Positions 19,196 through 30,953 of a DNA stretch of 64,000 nt are shown here, in pieces. The stretch's first letter is position 1; the number at the start of each line of letters is the position of its first letter. This stretch comes from a virus. Taxonomy: Duplodnaviria > Heunggongvirae > Uroviricota > Caudoviricetes. The notes beneath the pieces are model-generated. The model saw only the letters and a list, made by a program, of their open reading frames with translations. It was not told the origin of the DNA and ran no database searches. The stretch is taken from IMG/VR virus record IMGVR_UViG_3300028591_000077; one strand, given 5' to 3'. Position numbers and translations under genes: made by a program.

Positions 19196-20326
19196 ATGTA
19201 TAATGATTTTACAAGTGCTTTAGTGGAAGAATATTTAACTGAAGCTGCTTATATTGATTTTGCTACCTCAAAGTTATTTTGGAATGGCTTAAAAGCAAAT
19301 CCAGCTTATATCGACGTAGAATCTTTCCATAAAGCTTATGATAAAGCAATTGAAGCAGAGGGTCTAAGTGGATTATTCGATAAACAAACAGGTTTATTGA
19401 TGAATCGCGGAACTTATGGTAGCATTAAAAATTGCCAAAACCAAGACTTGGCTAGAGCTTTGAAAAGATTCTGGGCAGCACAATATTCAGACTATTTAAA
19501 AACAAAAGCTGAAATAGATAAAGCTGCTAATAGGGTAAATGAGTTACAAGCTGAACTAGATGCAAAAATTGCAGCAGTATTTCCAGCCATTCTTGACGGT
19601 GTTGCTATCAAGTGTGCAGATAAGGTTAAAGAATATTTAGAATTAGTTGGCAAGAATGATATTTCAGAAATTATAAGCTTGAAAGCAGTAGTAACTAAAT
19701 CAGAGTATAACAGCAGCACATTATATTATCATTTAGAATGCCGTTTAGAGGGCTATAATCAGTATTATACTATCAAGGATACTGAATTAAATAAGACTGA
19801 CTATATTGTAAGACTATATGATTCATTATTATCTAGTGCGCTTTTAGAACATATTTCAAAGAAAGTCAATGCTGAGATAGCAGACTTTATAAAGGGTTTC
19901 AATCTTGATGAACGTTCTTGGGATGGTTTATTTTTTGTAGATAAAGACAATGAATTTGTTTATAAAATTGAAAAAGAAAATGGTAAATATAATATATTTA
20001 AGTCAAAAGTCGGCGATATAAGCTTTGATGGCGTTTCACCAAGGGACTGTCCAGATCTTACGACATTAAAATTAGTTGCAGCTAATTATGAAGTAATGCA
20101 CTCCACAGGCAGATGTTATTACCATTATGTTTATAACTATTACTACAATCCAGAAATTGATCAAGCTATTGGTAAAACATGTCATATTGAGTATGAAGAA
20201 AGCGAAGGCGACTATTTTGACAATAGCACATCATTCTTAGCTGATGATGAGATCCCAGCCAGTATGAAGGCATTAGGATTGACAAAAGGCGAAAGACATT
20301 CTTCTGAATGTGATTCTAGCGACTAA
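19196..20326 (+). CDS. hypothetical protein (376 aa)
   Basis: ORF after TTGCTAAATTAT motif and ggagg RBS. Confidence 0.55.
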   Translation: MYNDFTSALVEEYLTEAAYIDFATSKLFWNGLKANPAYIDVESFHKAYDKAIEAEGLSGLFDKQTGLLMNRGTYGSIKNCQNQDLARALKRFWAAQYSDYLKTKAEIDKAANRVNELQAELDAKIAAVFPAILDGVAIKCADKVKEYLELVGKNDISEIISLKAVVTKSEYNSSTLYYHLECRLEGYNQYYTIKDTELNKTDYIVRLYDSLLSSALLEHISKKVNAEIADFIKGFNLDERSWDGLFFVDKDNEFVYKIEKENGKYNIFKSKVGDISFDGVSPRDCPDLTTLKLVAANYEVMHSTGRCYYHYVYNYYYNPEIDQAIGKTCHIEYEESEGDYFDNSTSFLADDEIPASMKALGLTKGERHSSECDSSD

Positions 20327-20348
20327 ATAAATTTAAATAATTATTAAA

Positions 20349-20372
20349 GGAACCTAAATAGGTTCTTTTTTT
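20349..20372 (+). terminator. rho-independent terminator
   Basis: ggaacctaaataggttcc followed by T7. Confidence 0.7.
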
Positions 20373-20387
20373 ATTGTATAATATATT

Positions 20388-20687
20388 ATGAAATACGGAT
20401 ATAATTTTATGGACTGGGGCTTATTTAATATAGATGAGCTTGAAGAGGTTACTGAGTTAACTGAGGATTACATAACTAAAGATTGCTTTGGTGAACATGT
20501 CTTTAAGAAAGAAGATTGGGTCATGGTAAAAGCAACTAAGAATATTTTCTTAAAACCATATTGGGATGGAAAGTATATTCAGCATACTGAGACTAATATT
20601 GGTCCATATTATAAGAAGCATATTTTTGATACAAAAGAAGAGGCTGAAAAATACGGCAGAGAGAACAGTTCATGTAATTTCTTTTAG
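20388..20687 (+). CDS. hypothetical protein (99 aa), apparently leaderless
   Basis: ATG 6-7 nt after ttgtataatat -10. Confidence 0.5.
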   Translation: MKYGYNFMDWGLFNIDELEEVTELTEDYITKDCFGEHVFKKEDWVMVKATKNIFLKPYWDGKYIQHTETNIGPYYKKHIFDTKEEAEKYGRENSSCNFF

Positions 20688-20698
20688 GAGGTAAGAAA

Positions 20699-21001
20699 AT
20701 GATATATTTTTATGAAAATCATTTAGGTGGTAATATTTATACTACCGATTATGAACAAGATTATGATGATTTATACTGTGATGAATGTGGAGATTCTGAT
20801 ACATTTATCGGAGCATATGAATCTTGGGAAGATTTTATTAAAGATTATGATCCAGAATATTGGCCATTTTGCAGTGGAGCCAGTCTTGCAGAAGATTCAG
20901 GCTTTACTATAGAAAAAGTTTATGAGCTTAATCCAAAAGTTAAGCATTATGATGAGCAATGCCTTGCCGGTTGGCCAGATGAAGAAGATGAAGGAGAATA
21001 A
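20699..21001 (+). CDS. small acidic protein (100 aa)
   Basis: ORF, very D/E-rich. Confidence 0.5.
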   Translation: MIYFYENHLGGNIYTTDYEQDYDDLYCDECGDSDTFIGAYESWEDFIKDYDPEYWPFCSGASLAEDSGFTIEKVYELNPKVKHYDEQCLAGWPDEEDEGE

Positions 21002-21003
21002 TT

Positions 21004-21444
21004 ATGGGTGGTTTATATAATATGATTCATGGCTACAATCCATCTTGTTTATGGATTATGCCAATGCTTGGTCGTAAAGAAAATGAATGGCCAAGATTTA
21101 GAGACTGCTATGTTGAGAAGAAGGGTGACGAATATTTAATCGTTATTTATACTCGTGTAGGCGGTAATAACAGAAATTGCGGTTATGGTGAGGAAGAGCT
21201 TTACAAAGATCCATTATTTGTTGAAACCATTGATGATGATTTTGATAATACTTATGCGGAGTATAAATTCAGAGTTCCAGAAAAATGGAAGGCTGATTTT
21301 GATAAAATTGTTGATGGTAAAATTTTAGAAACATCTGATGAGTATAAGACCATGATTAGAGAATTCTTCCCGCTTTTAAATGAAGCTGGTAAAATAGATG
21401 AATTCTTTGCAGCTATGAAAAAGGAACCAAAAGCAGATGACTAA
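21004..21444 (+). CDS. hypothetical protein (146 aa)
   Basis: ORF. Confidence 0.5.
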   Translation: MGGLYNMIHGYNPSCLWIMPMLGRKENEWPRFRDCYVEKKGDEYLIVIYTRVGGNNRNCGYGEEELYKDPLFVETIDDDFDNTYAEYKFRVPEKWKADFDKIVDGKILETSDEYKTMIREFFPLLNEAGKIDEFFAAMKKEPKADD

Positions 21445-21721
21445 TCTTGAAGCAGCTTTACAAGCATTAAAAGATGGTATTATTGTAAAACGTTATGATG
21501 GTGGCTTTAATGCCTTTTTTGGTAGTGAATTATATATCTTTTATGATAGAGAAATGTATCAAATTGGTGTTAAATCCAAAAGCGGATCATTATTCGTAAA
21601 TGACTATGGCAAAGTCTGGATGCTAAGACCAGAAAACGTCTATGAATTAACAGCGAATAAGACAGAATCAGAATCTGATGTTTTATTTAGAGAATTATTT
21701 GAGGAGAATTTTGGAGCATAA
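21437..21721 (+). CDS. hypothetical protein (94 aa)
   Basis: ORF. Confidence 0.5.
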   Translation: MTNLEAALQALKDGIIVKRYDGGFNAFFGSELYIFYDREMYQIGVKSKSGSLFVNDYGKVWMLRPENVYELTANKTESESDVLFRELFEENFGA

Positions 21722-21960
21722 TGGAAAGCAAATTTTTAGTTTTTGATAAATATACCGCACCAGATAGAAAAACTCCAATGTATGCTGTTAAAAATAAACA
21801 AAGCCTTATTACTTTAGGTGCTATTTATTTTTATCCAGCTTGGGGAAAATATGTTTTTGAAGCAGTTGATAATACTATTTTTGATGCTGGTTGTTTAACA
21901 GATATAGTTAATTTTATGCAGGAAATTCAAGCGGAGTGGAGAGCAAGTTTAAAGAAATAA
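21721..21960 (+). CDS. hypothetical protein (79 aa)
   Basis: ORF. Confidence 0.45.
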   Translation: MESKFLVFDKYTAPDRKTPMYAVKNKQSLITLGAIYFYPAWGKYVFEAVDNTIFDAGCLTDIVNFMQEIQAEWRASLKK

Positions 21961-22562
21961 TGGCGGATTTAGTATTTTATTATGGAGCCATGGGCTGCAG
22001 CAAAACTGCAAATGCTCTCATGACGAGATTTCAATATTTAGATAAGTGTTTAAAAGTTTGGCTAATCAAGCCTGCGACTGATAATAGAGATGATATTATT
22101 TCGGCAGGAAAGAAATTAGCCATTATTGGTTCACGTGTCGGAATTCAAGCAGTGGCCGATGCTGTTGTCGAAGCTGTTGACGATATCTATGACAGGTGGA
22201 CTGCAGAAGCAAGAGATACAAATTTAATTATTTGTGATGAGGCACAATTTTTAACAGAAGACCAGGTAGACCAACTTAAGTATATTGCTGAGAAATATAA
22301 TACGCCTGTTTATTGCTATGGATTAAGAACAGATTTTAAGACAAAGCTATTTCCCGGGTCAAAGCGTTTATTTGAAATTTGCAGTAAAACGGTTGAGTTA
22401 GAATCAATTTGTGAATGCGGTAAACCAGCAATTATTAATGCAAGGTTTAGTAGTGGCAAGTTAATGACTCGTGGTGCACAGGTTGATATTGGTGGCGACG
22501 AAAAATATAAGGCATTATGCTATAGCTGCTGGAAGAAGTTGGCGGGTGAATCAGATGTATAG
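21960..22562 (+). CDS. tdk: thymidine kinase
   Basis: P-loop YGAMGCSKT, LIICDEAQFL, C-terminal zinc ribbon CxCG...CxxCW typical of TK. Confidence 0.75.
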   Translation: MADLVFYYGAMGCSKTANALMTRFQYLDKCLKVWLIKPATDNRDDIISAGKKLAIIGSRVGIQAVADAVVEAVDDIYDRWTAEARDTNLIICDEAQFLTEDQVDQLKYIAEKYNTPVYCYGLRTDFKTKLFPGSKRLFEICSKTVELESICECGKPAIINARFSSGKLMTRGAQVDIGGDEKYKALCYSCWKKLAGESDV

Positions 22563-22899
22563 GATTGAAAAGTTTTTAATTGATAATGGAATGAGACTAA
22601 AACATAAATATCCAATAGGAACTCTAGTCTATCAAGATTATTGCGATGATGTTGAAGACGAAGGTTTTTATGGAGTAGATGAAGTAATCTTGTTTCCAAA
22701 TCATAAACCAGAACCTTGTTGGGAGATAAGTACAAGCTATCCATATTTGCTTATAATTCCAGGATATAAAGAGGTTGGGCAAGATTTTATTGAACGCGCA
22801 AAAGAAAATCTTGAAGAGCACCTAAAAGCACAAATTGAGTTTAATAAAAAAATGCTTGAAATTGAGAATCCTTGGGAGATTGTTGTTAACTTAGACTAA
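22554..22899 (+). CDS. hypothetical protein (115 aa)
   Basis: ORF overlapping tdk stop. Confidence 0.45.
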
Positions 22900-22950
22900 T
22901 TTGATGTAAAAGAGTCTCATATGCGAAGCTCTTTTTATTTACATAAACTT

Positions 22951-22962
22951 TTGCTAAATTAT
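22951..22962 (+). promoter_or_regulatory. conserved 12-mer TTGCTAAATTAT (extended -10-like TGcTAAATT), one of 7 copies
   Basis: identical or near-identical copies at 12539, 19156, 22951, 33172, 40193, 47119, 55821, each 2-40 nt upstream of a start codon on the + strand. Confidence 0.5.
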
Positions 22963-22992
22963 ATGATAATTCAGTGGAAGGAAGTATAAGTA

Positions 22993-23349
22993 ATGTTTAG
23001 AATAGCTGATAATGATATAATTACTTTAAATAGAGGTGATACAGTAGAAATTCCATTTGTAATAAATATAAGCAGTAAGTATGATACTAAAAAGTTTAGA
23101 TACTCTTTAAAATCTACTGATGCAATATATTTTGGAATTATGCTTCCGCATCAATATTTTGAAGACGCAATAATAAAGAAAAAATATACTATTGCTGATA
23201 AGGCAGATGATGGTAGTATCACTATTTTAATTTCATCTGGAGAAACCGCCGAGCTAGAGCCTGGAGTTTATTATTATGAAATTAAAATGAAATCAGCTAC
23301 AGGCGTTAAAACATTTATTTCAAAGAAAAAGTTTATTGTAGGAGAGTAA
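22993..23349 (+). CDS. hypothetical protein, possible tail component
   Basis: ORF immediately upstream of tail fibre; TTGCTAAATTAT motif upstream. Confidence 0.45.
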   Translation: MFRIADNDIITLNRGDTVEIPFVINISSKYDTKKFRYSLKSTDAIYFGIMLPHQYFEDAIIKKKYTIADKADDGSITILISSGETAELEPGVYYYEIKMKSATGVKTFISKKKFIVGE

Positions 23350-23352
23350 CAT

Positions 23353-26300
23353 ATGGCAAAAGACAGATTAGTTGGCAACTTAAACATGGATATGGTTGAA
23401 GTTGATTATCAAGGTGTAGAAACTGAAACAGCAGATACTATAGTTGATAACGACAATAGAACAATTGCAACTGAAGTTAAGAAAGTTCGTTTTCCATTAG
23501 TTTTTGCAATTAATGGCGAAAACATAAAATATGATGGAAGTGAAACGATTTTAATAAGCTATGACCATTTTGATTCAGACTTAGAAGCAGAAATTGCACA
23601 GCGTAAAGTTGCAGTTGGTAATGAAGAAGCAAGGGCAAGAGCTCGTGAAGATGCTCTTGAATCAGATTCCGCAAGCTTTTTAGATATTGAACAAAATGAA
23701 CAAACAGGTATTGTTACAATCAAGCTATTGAATGTTCGTAATGAGCTTTTGGACACTAAAACATTAGATTTAGAAACTGAAAAGATTATTAGAACAATTG
23801 CTCTTAACTATCCTGCAAAGAAATTAATATTTACATCCGTAGATGGAACAGCTATTGAATGCGATATTAAGGACATGATTAATGACTTTGAAGCAAAACT
23901 AGCTAATTTAGATACTTCTCTGACAAATATGTTGGCTACTGAGAGTTCTAGAGCTGTCAGCGAAGAAGGAAGAATAGAAGCTAAAGCAGAAGATTTAGTG
24001 GCTACAGAAAAAAATAGAGCTGAGGATGCAGAATCACAGCTTGCTGCTGATTTGACTGCTCATAAGGCTGACAAAGCCAATCCACACGGAGTTACTAAAG
24101 CTCAAGTTGGTTTGGGAAATGCAGATAATACAAGCGATATAGACAAACCCGTATCAACGGCGCAGCAAGCAGCTTTAGATTTAAAATTAGATAAAGACAA
24201 TTTTGGCTGGGCCATTGCAGATCATACCTATAATCCTGAATTTGGTTATACTGCCGGAGATACAGTTTATTATGTAGATGTAGATAATCCACATCGTGGC
24301 TATTTGTATGTAGCTAAGGAAGATATCGCAGCACCTGCTGGTGATTTCGATTACACTAAATGGAATACCACAACATTAGAAAGATTGATATGGTATAAGC
24401 AAGATAAAATCGACGACAATAATAAGCTTTTTGCTGATTATGTCGACGATTCTAATGCAGTTCATAAATTCGCAACAAGTGAGCAATTAACACAAATCGC
24501 CACAAATAAAACGGATATAAGCAATCATAAGGCAGATAATGCAAATCCGCACAATGTAACTAAAGCACAAGTGGGTTTGGGCGATGTTGTCAATACTGGT
24601 GATAGCGCAACTCCTGTAGAAAACGGAACAACAAAATTTACTACAGGTGGTGCTTATACATTAAAAACTGATTTAGAGGCAAGCATTTCTGATGAAGCAT
24701 CTGCAAGATCTCAAGCCGATACAAACCTACAAAACCAAATAAATACGATTGAAGCTAGAAGCGACGTAATCGACGTAGTTGCTTGCTATGATAACCACGG
24801 TGAGCAAAAATCTGATATTGTTCACTATGATATCACTTCCGGCAAAATTTCAAATAATGATGTTGTTAAGGTTTTAATCGACGAAACACATGATGATACT
24901 GTTGCTTATTATCGTTGAGTAGCTACAAGCGGTGTTGGTGTTTGGAATTATGTAGGTTCTGTTGAAGCTTATTATACAAAAGCTGAAACTGATGTCATTG
25001 AATTAGGATTACAAAATCAAATTGATAATGATATTGAGATTGTTCCTTATCAAACAACAACTACCTTAACAGATGCACAAGTTGAAAAAGCTAAAAACGG
25101 CAAGCTAGCAGTCTATTACAGTGGAGTTTTATTACGCCCAAGCAGTATTGCAGATAATTTTATTATTTTTGCTGCAACCAACTGAACTGCAACAGCTAAT
25201 GCTGATAATTTTATTACAAAAGAAAATTATAAACATACATATTGTTTCTTGTATTTAAGTACCAAAAAACTTGGTGATTATAATTCTTCTATAAAAGATG
25301 GTATTTCAGATAATACTAATAATGTTTTTAATAATACCACTATACCGGATACTTCTGGAAAACAAATAGTCCGTGCTCAAAACCTTCGCAGAACCCAAGA
25401 CATGATCTGCCAAGATTATTATAGCCCATCATCGACTTATTCAGTTGGAGACGTGGTAATCTACGAAAACAAATTATATGAATGTTCTACTGATATTTCT
25501 GTCGCAGAAGCTTGGGATTCTACACACTGGACTCAGATAAACTTTGTTGACTATGCTAAATATAGAACTCCGGATATTGGCTATTTTGAAATTACTAGCT
25601 ATACTGGAACTTTGACTGATGAACAATGGGCAGAATTGCATAAAAGTATCTGTTTTGTTCGTGTTATAACTACAAGTTCAGATACAAGAAATGGTATATA
25701 TGTATATAATCCTCTTAGTTCAGCAGGTTCAACAAGTAATCGAATCTATCTTCAACAAATGTTGTATATTGGCGCTAATACTATGCAGTTTGAGATTAGA
25801 TCAGGTTATATTGCTGTTACAATTGCAACAAAGGCATATGAGGTCAGTGGGCAGGATTATATTACTTATAATAAAAGCTATATTGATTATTTACTCAGTA
25901 ATAAGCTAGAAACTACTAAACTCGCTGCAAAATATTCTACAAATAATACTTACGCTGTCGGTGACGTCGTTATTTACCAAAATGATTTATATGAATGCAA
26001 TACGACAATTAGCACTGCTGAGGCCTGGACCGCGGCTCATTGGACAAAGACAAGCTTAAGCACTTTAATTGAAAAATATAAATTACGTGTTATAGAGCTG
26101 GCAAGTGATGCCGGTGATACATTTTCTGCAGATTTATTAGCAAAAATAAAAGAAAATCCAGTTATCTTTGTATTACATAATCCAGATGGTCGTTATTTTA
26201 GACTAGAATATCAAGATACTGATTTATTGTATTATTCTGTTTGAGTTTGTAGTGGTACTGGAAATGGCAGAGGTAGAGTTTATAAATATGGTTATACTGT

Positions 26301-28956
26301 TAATAAAACTACTGGTCAAGTCATACAACACGATATTGATGTTCTAAATGGTGGTAATTATCAAGGAAGCCTATATTGAAACCAAAATATACCGTCAGGC
26401 CACTCGACTGTAGAATTACAGAATATTTATGATTATTCAAAAGGGGTATATTATAAACCCTTAACGATAGACTTATTTTATCCAGCTTATAATTCATCAT
26501 ATACATATTCAATTGGCGATATTGTTTCTTATAAAGGAAAATTCTATATTTGTATTTCTGCTATTTCTACTGCAGAAGCTTGGACGGCCGCTCACTGGGC
26601 TGAGACAAATCCAGGCCAGCAAGTTATAGAATTAACAGCTGTAAGTGGAACACTTACTGATGTCGAATATGCTAAAGTAGCTAGTAAAAATGCACTTATT
26701 TTGTATAATAATTTTTACTATTTAAAATATAAAGAAACAAATGATAATTATAGATTTTCTGGCGTTTGTTTTGAATGGGATTGAGCTAATGGCAGACACG
26801 AAAAACCAGATATATTTATTAATAAAACTACTAAAGCATATAGCGTTTCAACTTATACTATAAAGAATATAACTGCAAATCCAACCTTAGCAGGAACAGA
26901 ATCTAACTTAAATAGCCTACAGGTTGGCAATACAAAATATGCATTGCCTTTTGACAGCAAGCAAGATATATTAGTTTCAGGAACTAATATCAAAACCATT
27001 AATAATACTTCTTTACTCGGCAGTGGTGATTTAGCTATCAATAAATCATCTGTAGGATTAGGTAATGTAGATAATACTAGTGATGCTGATAAACCTATAT
27101 CTACTGCTACTCAAACTGCTTTAGACTCTAAACAAGATATATTAGTTTCAGGTACAAATATTAAAACAATTAATAACACATCTATTTTAGGTTCAGGAGA
27201 TATTTCTGTTCAACCAGTACTGGTTGGTTCAGGAACAGGGCAAAACATTAAGACAATTAATAGTAATTCTATCTTAGGAGATGGAAATATTAATTTACAA
27301 GTACCTTTAGTCGGTTCTGGTACAGGACAAAATATTAAAACTATCAATAGTTCTAGTATTTTAGGAACTGGTGACCTTTCTTTACAACCAACACTTGTTA
27401 GTTCTGGAACAGGTCAAAACATTAAAACAATTAACAGCACATCAGTACTTGGCTCTGGAAATATTTCTGTTCAACCTGTATTAGTCAGCGGAACAAATAT
27501 TAAAACAATTAATAATGAATCATTACTGGGCAGTGGCAATATCAATACTAGTGCTATGCAAGAAATAACTTGATCAGAGCTAAAGAATAAGAAAGATAAT
27601 TCTCTATTAGTTCCTGGTCAACTTTATAGAATAACCGACTATATTTGTACCACTTTTCAAGAAAATACTACAACTGCTAGTAGACAATTTGATATCATAG
27701 TAAGAGCTTTAAGCAATAATGCGTTATCAGAAGAGGCATTTGCTGCACATTGCGCCGTTGAATCAGGAGCAGGAAGTGATTTTATGGCAGCTAAAATGCA
27801 AGCTTGGAAAATATGATATTGTATCGATAATGATGACACAAGATTTAAATGGGCTAAGGGAGGCACGGCTTATATGACACTTAGCTGTCGTTCTTTGCCT
27901 ACGGCTGCAACTTTTTACAGGGATTCGGCAAAAGATGCTAATGGATATTATGCATGGACAGGCACTTCTTACAGCAGTTCTCAAGCATATACAAAAACTT
28001 TTTACACTAATACATTAAATATAAGTACAACTGTCCAGCTATATGAGGATTCTGCTGGTACTATCTATACTGATTATAGCATCAGCGAAGCAGTTTCTAC
28101 TGTAACTTCGGCGTCATTTAGAGCCGCTGGAAGTTCTTTCCCGTCTGTATGGTTTTATAGAGATTATGCTAAGGATGCCAATGGTTATTATGCATGGAGC
28201 GGTAGTAATGGAAGTAGCTACTCCGGAACAAAATATACATCTACTTTAAGCATTTCAACTTCAATGACGCTTTATAGGGATACTAATGGTACAGCAGAAA
28301 CGAACTATAGTATATCCGCAGTTTCTAATTTTGAACCTGTTGTTTCATTTTGATCCAGTGCTTCTGGCTGGCCGAACACACAATTTACAAGAGACTCTAG
28401 CAAAGACACTAATGGTTTGATTGCTTGGAGCGGAACCAATGAGAGTTACTCGTACTCGGGTACGTTATACACTAAAACATTTGAAATAGCACCATCAACG
28501 CAAGTATACTCTGACAGTGGCACAGCAATTGCTCATAGCCAATACTCTATATCTGGTATATCCATAAAGGTAGGCAGAGGTGTTATATATAGAATGATCG
28601 ATGAATTTGGCAATGACGTTCCGTATGATTTTAAAAACATATTATTTAGTTTTAGCAGTCCGCAAATTTCTGATTTATTTACATTTAACTCAAGCAGCGG
28701 TAGTACAGATATTAGTTTAGATGGTTCTTGTCATGAAAATAAAATAGAAAAATATTGTGACGATTCTGGTAAACAAGAATTAAACTTCACAGTATTTAGC
28801 CCAACTAGTAGCTCTTATAAAATGTGTAAAAATAAAATAGGTTTGAATAACAAGAACAATGTCATTCGTCATAATTTTAAATGCAACCTTATTGGAGCTA
28901 ATTATCAAGGTAATATAATTACATCAGAATATAGTAATCATACTTATGATAACTAA
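23353..28956 (+). CDS. tail fibre / receptor-binding protein, 1,867 aa, with 8 in-frame TGA (Trp) codons
   Basis: five track ORFs (23353, 25249, 26944, 27874, 28417) share one frame and are separated only by TGA; tail-fibre motif H.VTKAQVGLGNxDNTSDxDKP twice; three CBM5/12-like YxVGDVVxYxNxLYECxTxISxAEAWxxxHW modules; 27-aa repeat array; three about 80-aa YRDxAKDANGYYAW[ST]G repeats. Confidence 0.75.
26944..27573 (+). repeat. in-gene tandem array of 27-aa (81-nt) repeats [QP][PV]LV.SGTGQNIKTINS.S.LGSG within the tail fibre
   Basis: at least 7 consecutive units readable in the translation. Confidence 0.65.
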
Positions 28957-28968
28957 AAATAAAAAATT

Positions 28969-28996
28969 ATAAGACGGCTGAAAAGTCGTCTTTTTA
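28969..28996 (+). terminator. rho-independent terminator
   Basis: agacggctgaaaagtcgtct + T-run. Confidence 0.7.
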
Positions 28997-29032
28997 TTTT
29001 GCTTTTATTGTATAATAATATAAGGTAATAGT

Positions 29033-29185
29033 ATGTCACCGAAAGAAAGATTAGTTAGATACTTCAAATTGTCTCATAGACAATCTACGCTAAGCGTAGA
29101 TGAATATCATGAAATGCTTCATTTAGAAGAAGCTCTGATTGACGATATGGATGATTTTGAAAAACTATTAGGAGGAAAACATGAA
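29033..29185 (+). CDS. small hypothetical protein (50 aa)
   Basis: ATG after ttgtataataat promoter; stop overlaps next ATG. Confidence 0.3.
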
Positions 29186-29657
29186 TAATATTTATATTGC
29201 AGCTTCATTCGCATATGAGGATAAAGCTAAGACAAGTCAAAAGAAAGACTTAATTGAGAAAACAGTTAAGCGCATTAAAAAATATTTGAAAGGCAATTAT
29301 TATCTGCCGCATCAATTAAAGATTCCTAATGCTTGGGATATTAGCCTAGAAGACTGGTCTAGAGCCGTTTATGAGCACGATATAGAAGCGCTAGAAAATG
29401 CTAATATTGTAATATTCTTAAGTTTTGGCAAAGAGAATAATGCGGGGTCAGCCTGGGAAATGGGATACGTGCATGGATTCAATATGCATGAACAAGTCCA
29501 CTTCACTAAAACGGTTATCGTAATAAAGATGACAGGTGAACCTGAAAGTCTTATGATTAGTAATTCAGTAGATAGAATTATTACAAGCACAGAAATTGAA
29601 ACCTATGATTGGAATACGTTTCCAAAGTATAAAACGAAATTAGAGAAGCTAAGTTAA
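29181..29657 (+). CDS. nucleoside 2-deoxyribosyltransferase-like (NDT/Rcl family)
   Basis: N-terminal IYIAASF and AGSAWEMGYVHG resemble the NDT D.G..FE.GY active-site region. Confidence 0.5.
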   Translation: MNNIYIAASFAYEDKAKTSQKKDLIEKTVKRIKKYLKGNYYLPHQLKIPNAWDISLEDWSRAVYEHDIEALENANIVIFLSFGKENNAGSAWEMGYVHGFNMHEQVHFTKTVIVIKMTGEPESLMISNSVDRIITSTEIETYDWNTFPKYKTKLEKLS

Positions 29658-29667
29658 GGAGAAAATT

Positions 29668-30288
29668 ATGGATGTTACAAAAACAATAAGTGTATCGCTT
29701 AAAGATGTATATCAGCTTTTAATTGATGAAATGCGCTATGGCTACAAAAGAAATAATCATCTTATGCCTAGTGGTGGTTATGATAAAGTTAATCATCTTG
29801 TTCCACAGATGTATGAGATTGATAAAGAATATGCCGTCTATACAATGAAGCAACTCTGTGAAGAGTGTATTTCTGATCAGCTTACTATGAATTTCTATGA
29901 TGGCGAAGACGATGAATTCGGCAACCGCACAGAAGCCATAGAGTTCGTTAAGAGCAGCTTGAAGTGGATTCACGAACATGAAACAGATAAGCGCTATGAG
30001 GGTAGTTTATGGTTTCCATATAACTATGATTTATTCTTAGACAATATAGCCAAAGACGATGAGCCTAGATACAATGTCTATGAAATAAATGGTGATAAGA
30101 AGATACTTCTCACAAAAGAACCAGTAAGTCAAAAGAAATATATGGATATCATTTTTGGTGATGCAACGAGCGGTACATTCAAATCAGAAGTACATAGGAT
30201 TTCTGAAGAATACAGAGATAGACGCAGAAATTATACATACCATGTTATTGAGCCATTCGTAAAAGATTTCTACGTAGAACATATTTAG
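29668..30288 (+). CDS. hypothetical protein (206 aa)
   Basis: ORF. Confidence 0.55.
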   Translation: MDVTKTISVSLKDVYQLLIDEMRYGYKRNNHLMPSGGYDKVNHLVPQMYEIDKEYAVYTMKQLCEECISDQLTMNFYDGEDDEFGNRTEAIEFVKSSLKWIHEHETDKRYEGSLWFPYNYDLFLDNIAKDDEPRYNVYEINGDKKILLTKEPVSQKKYMDIIFGDATSGTFKSEVHRISEEYRDRRRNYTYHVIEPFVKDFYVEHI

Positions 30289-30296
30289 GAGATATT

Positions 30297-30890
30297 ATGG
30301 GAAACTTAGCAAAACACTTAAAAGTAGTTCATAATCATAGAAAATATGTAAGAAGAATGTGTTGGAAAATGGGTTTATTCTGGCAAGGATTAACCCATGA
30401 TCTATCTAAATATTCTATTACAGAGTTAAAAATCGCAAAATATTATGGTGGAGACAGAAGCCCACATGCTGTTTGTAGAGATAAAATTGGCTATAGCCCA
30501 AGTTGGCAACATCATTATCATATAAACAAGCACCATTGGCAATTTTGGCTTGATATGGAAGATTGGCCAGATAAGGTTATTCCAGTAAAGATGCCATATA
30601 AATATGTTGTAGAAATGCTTTGTGACATGGCTGGTGCAAGTAAGGCTTATAATCCTAAAAATTGGGAACCAAAAATGCTTTGGGATTATTGGGAACAAAA
30701 ATGTAAAGGCAAACGCCTTATGCATAAAGACTCAGAATATTTAATTGAAAAGCTTCTTTGGAATTATTATCAATATGGGGAAAAGAAGTTCCTTAAATGG
30801 TATAAAGATTCGAAAAAATATCTAAAGAAAAATTATGAAGATGGCATATTGCCTAAAGAAGCATCTTTAACAGATATTGTTAAAAATTAA
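30297..30890 (+). CDS. His-rich putative metal-dependent (HD-like) protein, paralog 1 of 3
   Basis: HDLSK ... HHYHINKHHW motifs shared with 52064 and 60171 ORFs. Confidence 0.45.
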   Translation: MGNLAKHLKVVHNHRKYVRRMCWKMGLFWQGLTHDLSKYSITELKIAKYYGGDRSPHAVCRDKIGYSPSWQHHYHINKHHWQFWLDMEDWPDKVIPVKMPYKYVVEMLCDMAGASKAYNPKNWEPKMLWDYWEQKCKGKRLMHKDSEYLIEKLLWNYYQYGEKKFLKWYKDSKKYLKKNYEDGILPKEASLTDIVKN

Positions 30891-30953
30891 TAAATTAATA
30901 ATTTAATAAATCAATAAATTAATAATTTAATAAATTAATAAATGGAGGTTTTT

